Program-made: the position numbers and the translations under genes
In this document: piece by piece, positions 21,826 through 31,912 of the stretch
Layout of the letters: every line of letters starts with the position of its first letter
Numbering within the stretch: the stretch's first letter is position 1
The notes under the pieces: model-generated
What the model was told of the DNA's origin: nothing
Databases searched by the model: none
What the model saw: the letters and a program-made list of their open reading frames with translations, nothing else
NCBI GenBank assembly: GCA_943704415.1
Contig: CALSCO010001604.1
Location: 1 to 34,111, forward strand
DNA from: Parvularia atlantis
Taxonomy: Eukaryota
Length of the DNA: 34,111 nt
Reading direction: 5' to 3'

Positions 21826-24800
21826 TTACACGTGGATCTCGACGCCGAAGAACGACTGGAAGCGCTCGTGCAGGATCGGGCTGATGCGGAAGAACTGCAG
21901 GACGACGAGGGCCGCCATCACTGCATGCGCGCGAGCGCGTCGCATGCGTCAGCGCCGCGCGTGGCCAGAGCGTGCCAGGCGCGCACCGCAAAAGATCGGG
22001 ATCCAAAAGTTGAAGAGCATCCGGTCGCGCTTGCGCCGCCGCAGCTTCTCGACCATCGTCACAGGCTGCTTGGCCGCCGCCGACGCGTCCGATTGCTCGG
22101 CAGCCGACGGCGCGCTGTCGGGTAGGGCTCGCGGGAAGCCGACAAAGTTGGGGAACTGCGGCAGGTTCGGCAGGTTCGGCAGGTTTGGCAGGTTCGGTAG
22201 CTGCGGCAGGTTCGGTAGCTGCGGCAGATTGGGCATCGACGGCAGGAGCGACGACGGCGACCACGACGGCAGGTAGGCCGAGAACGTCGAGACGACTGAC
22301 GAGGGTGCGGCAGGCGCGGCGGCCCGCTGCGGCGCGGTCGGCACGAGCAGGCGGTCGGCCGACGACGCGCGGCGCAGCAGTTCGTGCACGGGCGTCTCGT
22401 TCATCGACAGGTCGGTCGGCTGCTGCCCGTACGCGCTGCGCAGGCTCATCTTGGCGCCAGCTGTGCGCACAGTCAGTGTCGCGTCCGGCGAGCGCCGCCA
22501 GCACGGCCGCACCGTGGAAGAGTGTCCGCGCGATGTTGATCCGCGCGAGCCACATGGCAAAGTGCATCGGCGCGAAGCCTGCACACAAGCCGTCAGCAGG
22601 TGCGGCGGTGCGCGTACGGCCATGCGTGCGCACCGTTCTCGTCTTGCGCGTTCAGGTCCGCGCCATGCTCGACGAGGAAGCTCGCGAGCGCGCGCATGTC
22701 GAGCAGCACGGCAAGATGCAGCAGCGTTTGCCCCGACGTGTTGGCGGCCGATATGTCGACGTAGTACCCGGTTGGGAGCAAGAACGCCTTGTGCAGCGCC
22801 AGCATGACGAGCTTCTCGAGGCGCTGCGCGGGCTCGCGCGTTGCGCCGTGCGAGAGCGCGTACGCCATCTCGTGCATCGAGTTCTGCGTGCAAGCGAGCG
22901 GTTCAGCACGCGACGTAGCAGCACGCGGCCGCGCGCACCAGCAAGTACGACACGTCGTCTTGCGCTTGCTCGTCGCCCCCGCCGGCCGTGTTGACGATCG
23001 ACATGGCAATCTGCCGCACGTCCTCCAGCCGGCCGGTCATCTTCATGCCGACGACCTGCAGCGCAAGCTCCATCAGCTGCCGGTCCGTCTCTGCGACGAG
23101 GGGCGACGGAGGCGATGTCAGCAGGCGAGCCAGCAGGCGCAGCAGGGGGCCGGGCGCACCGTCTTTGTACCGGAACATGGGCGCGTCCGGCGAGAAGCCG
23201 TTGGTGCTGTCCGGTGTCCCTTGCCGGTCAAACTGCCCGCGCACGCTCACCGGCACCACGCCCTGCGTCGCCGCGTCAGACCGCCGTGCCAGTCTGCCAG
23301 CGGCTTCGCGGGCTACGCGCACCGACTGTGTTGACGGCGGCAGGATGCACACGAGCGTGCTGGTGGACCAGTAGAACGTGCTGGACGCCTCGTGCGGCCC
23401 AAACCACACCGACAGGCCCTCTGCATGCACGCGGAATGGGGGGAGGTCAACGCGGCCACAGACGCGCGGCGCGGCGTACCGCAAAAGTTGGACCCGAGCA
23501 CGGTCACCTCGATGCCGCCGTGCAACGGGCCCTCGCTGGGCACGACGCGGCTGATGTCCGGCAGAGGTGTCCCGCTCGCGTACGCCGAGGGCGACGTGTG
23601 GCGCGGCTCAAGCTTGAGCACCTTGCGCGGCGGCATCATGCCCGCGGCCAGCATCGACCCCGGCGACGCGCTCGGGCTGTGCGCGCCGTCAACCGCAAAG
23701 AGCGACCCGGGGCTGGCGTAGCCGGGCGCCTGGAGCATGGGCGAATCGTGGAACGAGTGCTGTTTGCACGCGCGCACGCGTCACGGGCCGTAACGGGCGC
23801 ACGATACGATGCGCACCACGCTCGTCGACCGGCTGATGGACCGCTGGTCGTAGTTGTACACGTCTGGCACCTCATCAAAGCGGCCGACGAGGTTGTGCCA
23901 CATAGACGACTTGTCAGCGAGCGGCGAGCTTGAGCGGGGCGACTGCGGCGATGCGGCGGCCGTGTGCATGGCGGCGGCCGCGTACGAGGCCGGCTCGGCC
24001 GCGGCCTGAGCGCTGCTCGGTACGGGCGCGGGCGAAAATATCGCCGAGTCGACCGTGTCGTCGTGCCCGCGCTTCATCGACTTGGCGCGCGCCGACTTGT
24101 GGTCGTCCGTGATCATGATCGGCGCCGACAGGCCCGACGCGACGATCTGGTCAAGGTGGTTGCGCAGCGAGAAGAGTATCCTGGACATGCGCAAGCGCGC
24201 ACGGTCAGCACGCGGACGACGGCTGCGAGCGCGAGCGTGACCGCACCTGAACCCGATCTTCTCGTTGTGGTGCCGGCAGTAGCAGGTCACACGCGTCGGC
24301 AGGACGATGTCACCCCCGGAAAAGTCCATCAGTGGCGTGCAGTTGAACTGGAGGATCTTGAGCTGCGGCACGCCGTCAGCCGCGAGACGGTGCATCATCG
24401 ACAGGACGCGCACCTGGTCGAGCTGCAGTTGTGCCTGCTCGCTGAGCTCGGCGGCGGCGTACGCGGGCGCGTGCGCGTGCGGCTCTGCGCGGGTGCCACG
24501 GCGTGAGACACTGCGGCCGCGGCAGCAATATTTCCCCCACGGGCCGCACGTACCGTCGTTCTCCGAGGGCGACGGGGCGCGCGGCGCCCGCTGCAGCGAC
24601 TCTTTCCGCTTCTGCGTCTTTTTGCGCTGCGACGAGAGGGGGGCGTGAGCGCGTGTGATGCAGGGCGGCCAGTGGGCGTGCCTCGCGCTGGATGCAGGCT
24701 GTGCACGCCGTGACGACGCGCGCCGTGTCGCTTGCGCACACGACGGTGGCCTCGAGGCCGAGCGTGTTTGTCTCGCACGCGCGGGCGATGTTGACGTCGG

Positions 24801-25558
24801 CTGCGGGTGCCTGCGTTAGGCACGCACCGCACGCCGTATCACAGTCGGGCTGCGCACAGTTGCGGCCGCCCATGATCTTGACGCGGTCTTTGGAGACGAG
24901 CGGGTCGGGCAGGCGCACAAACTCCCAGTCGGTCACCTTCTCGTCCTGGCGCGGCGCGTCAATCAGCCCCGATCGAGGCGCAGGCAGCGCACAGCCGCAC
25001 CTTGCCGTTGAGCAGGTGCAGCGACAGCTTGACGTGCGTCTCGACGCGCGACTTGGCGCCGCAAGACGGTAGGCCGAGGACGCGGATGTGCAGCGGTCGT
25101 GACCCGCCGCTCTGCGCGCGCCCGCGCCGTCAGCAGCGCGCTTAACCTGGCGCGGCGCACGCACGGTCGAGCGCGGCACGTCACGGTCGCCGGCGGGCGA
25201 CTCGGTGGCCGACGCAAAGTCGTCGGACGAGGCGGCGGACGCGGCCGGGCTGCGCTGTTGCTGCTGCCGCTGCTGCTGCTGTGTCGTCTGCATCGCCGTC
25301 TGCTGCTCGCCGAAGCCGTGCGCGCCGCGGCCTGGCTGCAGCGCCGCCAGCGACACGACGCCGGGGATGACGACTCCGTGCGGCGCGAGCGCGATGCCGG
25401 CCGCCGTCTGCTGCTGTTGCTGCGTGACGAAGGCAAAGAGGCCGAGATCCGTCGGGCTCAGCGGCCCGTCCGCGCCGACGTCTGTGGGCGGGGTGAGCAG
25501 CGGCGGCGGCGGCGGCGGCGCGTGTGAGGCGCAACGCACCCGGCGAGAGCGGCAGCAT
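21826..25558 (-). CDS. Spt23/Mga2-like membrane-anchored transcription factor (IPT + ankyrin + TM; about 17 exons)
   Basis: KSRVETHVKL, CTACIQRE|RKK, ILQFNC..LPTRVTCYCRHHNEKIGF, IMITDDHK, IPT domain (ISRVVPSEGPLHGGIEVTVLGSNF), DRQLMELALQVVGMKMTG, ankyrin repeats (GQTLLHLA) and DRMLFNFWIP before the TM helix. The start may instead be ATG 25603. One GC-AG intron (24627-24681). Confidence 0.92.
22143..22214 (-). repeat. Coding 9-bp tandem repeat encoding (P-N/Q-L)n
   Basis: MPNLPQLPNLPQLPNLPNLPNLPNLPQFPNF, located between the ankyrin repeats and the TM segment. Confidence 0.85.
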
Positions 25559-25738
25559 CGACAGCCGCGCCCCAACGCACGACGCGTGAAACTGTAAAAG
25601 CATGAGCTCACGCCGCGCGGCAAGAGATCGCGCAGAGCCGACTCTACCGGGACGCACGCCTCCATCCCATGCCGCTTCTTCTTGTTTGATGAGCGCACGC
25701 GTTCGCTTGGTTCACGTGCGCTCTGCATTGCATTCAGT

Positions 25739-27858
25739 TCACGACAGGAGGCCCAGCAGACTGCTCATGAAGCCCGTCTCGGTTGTGCCCGGCCGCGCGC
25801 CTGCGGCTGAGGAAGAAGGCAGCGACGAGGACGCGGGCGCGCCGCGTCGCCCACCCGCGCCCACGCTGGCCGAGAGAACGATGGTCACGGGCGTCTTGAC
25901 GAGGCGGCGCGGGCGGGCGGATGCGTCGCCCGTGCTGAGCGGTGTGCTCGCGCTGCCAGTGCTGCTGTTCGCGTCGGGCACGGCGGCGGCGACGCGCGCG
26001 GCAGACACGGCGGGCGTGGCGAAGGGCGTGCCGTCGCTGATGGGCAAGTGGATGAAGCGCTGCGGACGCGGCTGTGAGCGGTCTGTGCGCGTGTGCTAGC
26101 TGGGCACAGGCGCACCTTTGTCTGGCCCGAGACCGGCAGGAGGCTCGCCTGCTCGGCCGCGACACGCGGGCGCCGCACGCCCTCCTGCGGCCGGCCGTGC
26201 AGCGGAAGGAGCAGGCCGAGCAGCCCGTGCACGCGCTGGTAGAAGCGCTCGATGCCAGCGGCCAGCAGCGGCTCATACACAGCGAGGTCGATTGGGTCAA
26301 CCTGTGCGTGCGTCAGCGCTCGGCGTGCCGGGGGCGGTCCAGTGCGCACCCGCTCCTGTAGCGCCTTGAGCAGCGTGTGCGCCTGCTGCTCCAGCTGCGG
26401 TGCCGCGTCCGCGCGCTCCCAGCTCGGTCGCAGCACGAGCAGCAGGAAGCGCACGTCAAACAAGAGCTGCAGTGCCGCCTGTGCACGCGCGCGTCAGACC
26501 GGCCTCGCCATCGCCACGACAGCGCGCGCGTACCCTCTCGCAGATCGAGTCGGCCGGGCCGCGCGCCACCTGCTCGTAGACGGGCAGCAGGTCGCGCGAC
26601 AGGGCCAGCAGCAGTGCGGTGACGATGCGCTGCGGGCACACACGCGGGTCAGCAGCAGTCTGCCGTCGCCTCGCCGCCCACTGGCCGCACCTTCTCGAGC
26701 GTGAAGCTGCCGACGGCGTGCACGTGCTCGCACAGCCAGTAGAGCGCGAGTGTGACCGGCACCGACGGCTGCACGGGCAGGCGCACGGCGTCCTCTTTGC
26801 CTGCGGGGGCGGCGGTCGCGGCGCTGTCGGGCGTGGCAACGTCCGAGTTGAGCGACACCGCCTGCCATGCCAGGGGCTTGTAGGCCACGGCCGTCCACCC
26901 GTCCTGGCGCACAAACGCCGCTAGCTCGCGGACCGTCTGGCTCACGGCCCTGCGCCTGACGTGTCAGCATCGGCCGCAAGCAACGGGCGAACGCACCAGT
27001 GCACCCAGTCGACGTGCGCCTGCACGCACAGGTCCTGGAAGCGCGAATGCAGGTCGCTGCTGGCGGCCGATGTGGCGTTGTCGACTGGCAGAGCGCGGCG
27101 CGCATGAGGCAGGAGCGCACACAGCACACGCGCGCGCACCCTTGTCTGGCCCCGCGAGCCGGGCGAGCACAGCCGACGGCCGCGAGAGCGCGCGGCACAC
27201 GCGGGCGAGCAGAAGCTGCGACGGCAGGTGCGCCTCGCCGGCGGTCGCGCGCGCCTGGGCGATGTGCGATGCGAGCGCCTGCTGGTAGCCCTGGACCGCG
27301 CTCGTGCACGCCGAGTGCATGTGCAGCTGCCGCTCGGCGAGATCCCTGCCGCGAGCGTGCGTGAGCAGACAGAGACGACAGCAGAGCACGGTCGCACGCA
27401 CTCGGCCGTGTTAAACCGCGCCTGGATCGCTGTACCCGTGGACGCAAAGAGCGGCGCAAGGTCGCTTTCGACGGCGCGCAGCAGACCCTCGAAAGCCTCG
27501 GCAACGCTCTGCGTCGACGGCAGCATGCCCGCCGCGCGTGCCGCGACCGCGTCCACGCCCCACGTGGCCACCGCTGCCGCGCCGTCGCTCATCGGTGCCG
27601 TGGCCCAGATGGCGTCGCCCACACGCGGCTCTGCGGGCTCGCACGTGTCATCTGCATAGACCGCGTTGAGCCTGCGATGCGCACCGGCAGCGGCGCGCGC
27701 GAGTAGCGGCGGCAGCAGCTCGTCTGGCTGCTTGATGAGCGCGGCGAACGCGCCCGAGATCAGCTGCGCCGCCTGCGCCTTGAAGCCGGCGCGCAGGATG
27801 TCGTGCCACAGCGACAGCGGCTGTGTGCGCATGCTGCATCAGCGGCAGCGAGCGTGAG

Positions 27859-27934
<76 letters not shown>

Positions 27935-29750
27935 CACCTTCCCGAGCACGGTGTCGCACAGCTGCGCCCACGCATCCGCCTCGGACGTCTCCAGGGCGAG
28001 CAGCTTCGCAAGTTCAGCCACGTGCACCGCGCCAAAGGCACGGCCGCTCGCGAGGCGTGCAAACATCTGCTTGGCCGCGGGCGAGTCGCGCAACAGCGTG
28101 CGGACCTCGCCTGCGCATGCGGGGGGCGTCAGCGCGCTTCGGTGCGCGCATGCGGCGCACGCACTAATGAAGCCGCCCGTCTGCTTCTGCACGGCCTCGA
28201 GCGGCACGCCGAGGCTGCCGCTGCCCAGGTACGGCGTGTACCGCTGCACGGACGCGGGCAGGTAGCGCGACAGCAGGTGGATCTGCGCGGACGCGGTGAG
28301 CTGCGAACGGAGGCCGAGCAGAGGCCGCACGTTCGTCTTGGTCGAAAACAGCGACGAGATGAACGACGTCGACGAGGCTGCGCGGAGTGAGGGGGTGGCG
28401 GCTGCGCTGGCAGACGACGGCGACGGCGAAGACGACAGCGAGCGCAGCGTCTGGGCTAGCAACGCGCTTGTGCCAGTGCCGTCGTGATCGCTGCCGCCGA
28501 CAAAGACGCTCTGCGCGCGCGGTCACCGTAAGAGAGCTGCAGGTAGGGCGCAGTCGCACGCGCGTGTGCACCTGGACGTCGCGCAGCGTCGCCACGAGCA
28601 CGTCGATCGTCTTGCTGACCGCACGCTGGACGGCCTCTTCGTCGGCGGCACTGCTGCGCGATCAGCTGCGTGCGCATCGCACACGCAGCGGCGGCACGCA
28701 CGTGTCCATTTTGGCCGCATCAAGCGCGCTCTTGAGTGCAGCCAGGCGCGCGCGCAGCAGCTCGTCGAGCGACGCGGCCGAGCTCAGGCGGTCGAGCAGC
28801 ACCACGACGGCCAGCGTCTCGGCAACCTCCTGCGAGGCAGCCGCGATCAGCTGAGGCGGCCGCAGGGCGAGGCGAGTGGTCGTACCTGCGCGCCCAGGCC
28901 GTCGTAGCGCAGGAACTGGCGGCTGCCGCTCAAGATCTCGCCGCGGAAGTGCGACACGGCGTCCCACTGGCGCTGGATGACCGGGAAGCGTTTCTGCCGA
29001 CAACGCTGAGCACGCGCGTCTCGCAGCAATCGCCCACGCGCACCAGCACGTTGAAGTTGGCGGCGTCGTCGTGTGACTGCAGGTTGTTGAAGACCTGGCG
29101 CGCGACGAGGTACAGCTGGCAAGCCGTCAGGTACCGCTTGCTCTCGAGGCAGTGCCAGATCTGCTCGGGCGTGTCGACGAGCAGCTTGATCTGGCCGGCG
29201 ATGCGGAACAAGTGCGTCTTGGCTGTGCACACAGCGGATCAGCACGCGGCCGCAACGCGAAGCTGGGGCGACGCACCATCGGGCGCTGCGGCCCCGTCGC
29301 CCGTCTTGGCCGGGCTGCGGCGCGCCTGGTCGAACGTGCAGCTCGTGCGGATATCCTGCCGGCGCGGCTCAGCAGCACGGCCGCGGTGCAGGTGCGGCGG
29401 CGGCGCACCTGCAGCGTCGCGTGGACCGAGGCGATCGCGGCCTTCATGTCGGTGATCGAGTCGGCGGCGGCGATGAGGTCGCGGTAGCGCTCGCTGCGGG
29501 CGGCCCGCATCAGCCGCCTCTCCCCGTGACCGCATCGGGCAGGACACGCACCCGACGGTCATGCGCAGCTCCTGCTTCTTGCGCTCGATGTCGGCGCTGG
29601 TTGAGGCGAGATGAGCGCGCGCGCGATGCACGGCCATCGACAGACGCACCGCGTGCGCCGCTCGACGGTGCGCAGCTCGTGCACGGTGTGCCTGCGCAGC
29701 AGCGCATCGGCTTCGGCGTCGGCCATCTGCGCTTGCGCGTCGGTCGGCAT
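25739..29750 (-). CDS. COG1: Conserved oligomeric Golgi complex subunit 1 (Vps51/COG1 N-terminal domain; about 18 exons)
   Basis: ADALLRRHTVHELRTVERRTRADIERKKQELRMTVGERYRDLIAAADSITDM, IAGQIKLLVDTPEQIWHCLE, RFPVIQRQW, and C-terminal QLLFDVRFL and VDPIDLAVYEPLL are COG1-like. All inferred introns are GT-AG. Confidence 0.88.
27862..27931. repeat. (AG)35 microsatellite inside a COG1 intron, directly after the donor
   Basis: Perfect dinucleotide run; reads as (CT)n on the transcribed strand. Confidence 0.95.
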
Positions 29751-29770
29751 GAGCCGCGCGAGACGCGAGC

Positions 29771-29783
29771 GAGAGAGAGAGGC

Positions 29784-29816
<33 letters not shown>
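29771..29816. repeat. Interrupted (GA)n microsatellite in the 97-bp COG1/Mid1 divergent interval
   Basis: Directly visible. Confidence 0.9.
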
Positions 29817-29818
<2 letters not shown>

Positions 29819-29847
29819 ATGCTGCAAAGTGCCGCACTGTTCCGACC

Positions 29848-31711
29848 ATGCTTCCGCCGAAGATGGCGCCGCCGCTGCTGCTGCTGCTGCCGCTGCCGCT
29901 GCTGCTGCTGCTGCTGCTGTGCCTCGCGCCGCTCCGCGCGGCCGCCGACGGGCCGCCGCTGGTCGTCGTGGCGGGGGCGCGGCGCGTATCCGCGGCGGGC
30001 GACGCGCAGCTCGTGCTCACCTTCGTCGCCGACGCCGAGGTCTGTGCGGGCACGCGCGTGGCCGCGTCGCGTTGACGGCGCGTCGCACGCGGCGCCGCAG
30101 ATCCGCGTCGGCCTCACGGGCTGCACCGTCGCGGCGTTCGACGTCTACGCGGCCGCGGCGCTGGCGGGCGCGCTGACGGCGCCGGCGGGGCTCGTCGACG
30201 CCGCCAACCAGCGCGCGGCCGCCGTGACGGGCGCGTGGACGGGCGCGCTGCCGGCCCTGGCCGACCCCGACGACGCCTACTACCTCGCCGTCGTCCCCGC
30301 CGCCGCCTTCGCGGCCGACAGCGCCGTCGTCGTGACGCTGGCGAGCGGTGCGTGCGACACGGGAAGGCGCTCGTGGGACGGCTCACGACGGCGCGCCGCA
30401 GGCGTCACGCCCGCCGACGTCACGGCGCCCGTCAAGCTCACCGTCGCCGCCAGCAGCAGCCACGAGTGCGCGCAGCCCGTGCAACCGTCGTGCCGTCTGT
30501 GCTGCTCAACGGGCGCCGCGCGCGCAGGATGGTGGTCACGGGCGACGCGCCGCTTGCAGACACGGTCGTCGGCGTCGTCGTCGTGCCCGTCAACAGCACC
30601 TTCGCGCCGGCTGACGTCGCCGACGTGTGCCTCTTTAGCGCCGACGCGCGATTCGTGGCGTTCTCTGTGCCGTGCGTCGTCTCCGCCGCGCGCGCGTACC
30701 GTGTCTGTCGGAAGGCTCACCCACCGGGCGGGATGCAGGCAGAACACGGGCGACGTCGAGCTCGTGTGGCTGCGGCAGCTCGCGATCGGGCAGGCGTACC
30801 AGGTGTACCTGCTGCTCGCGATGCCCACGGACGACGCCGTTGTCGGCCCCGTCACGGGCGCCACAAAGCCAAGTGCGTGCGCTCACTACACGAGCGAGCG
30901 AGGCGCTGACTAACGCGCGGCGCCCCCAGTCGCCAACTGCGTAATCAACAACCCGGACCCGGAGAGAAGCCTGTGCTCGCCATTCAACCCGCAGCTGCTT
31001 AACAGCAACTTTCCCGTGCGCCCGCTGTAGTGTGCGCACAACCGAGGGGGGGTTTGTGACGCCGCGCCCTTTGCAGATCCCGCCCATCTTTGCCTCGTAC
31101 GCGCCTGTGCCAACGCTGCCCGTCGGGCTGCTCGACAGCTACGGTGCGCACAGAGGGTGCGAGCACGCGCGTGTGCTGAGCGCGAGCGGCGGCAGGCGCG
31201 GCCAACCTCAGCCAGTTCTCCGCGACCGTGTACCAGTACCCGTGCACGAGCGACGACACCTTCTTGCCGTACTCGTTCGTGCGCACGTGCGGCGACTGCG
31301 TGACAGCGTACGCGCTTTGGGTGCGCGCGTCGCTTCTGCTAGCGGCTCTCGTGGCTAACGGGCGCGCGCGCGCGCGCGCCCAGTACTGCTATCACTTCCT
31401 GCCGCTGTGCAGCGACACGGTCGTCAACACGGCCGTTGAGGCGACCAGCCCGCTCGCCTACGTTAAGCTCACGCACATCGACGTGTGCTTCAACGTGACC
31501 AACTCGTGCCCGACCACTGTCGGGGTGCGTGTGCGCCGCTCGCGCTGTTGCGTGAGCTCACCCGCCTGCGCAGTTCGAGTGCCCGCGCCAGTACACTCCG
31601 GCTGGCCAGCAGTACGACTGGACGAGCGGCGCGTCGCTGGCCGCCGCGACGTCGCCTACGCTCATCGCATTGGCCACCGCGGCCGTAACGCTCGTGCTGC
31701 GAAGGCTGTAA
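29848..31711 (+). CDS. Mid1/FAM155(NLF-1)-like Cys-rich secreted or membrane protein, Cch1/NALCN channel accessory subunit (10 exons)
   Basis: Leu-rich signal peptide. The C-terminal Cys domain YPC..YSFVRTCGDCVTAYALWYCYHFLPLC...DVCFNVTNSCPTTVGFECP matches the Mid1 Cys spacing. The tail TSGASLAAATSPTLIALATAAVTLVL resembles a GPI signal. Confidence 0.72.
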
Positions 31712-31912
31712 CTGTTTGTGCTGCTCCCATGCTGTTTGGTTCGAGACATCAACTTTTCGGGAGCCGTGGCCCGGAGAGCACAGTACAAGCAGAAGTCACA
31801 AAGGGTACATGGGGGGGGCAGCGGACGCCGCGCAGGCCTCCTGGGGCCGCTTGCAGGATCGCCTCGCCTCACCGCAAACGACACGCAAAACAGAATGTCG
31901 CGCCGACCACGC

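Noticed and set aside
22143..22214. Short periodic repeats as a CRISPR-like array
   Set aside because: This is a 9-bp coding tandem repeat without spacers, in a eukaryotic gene.
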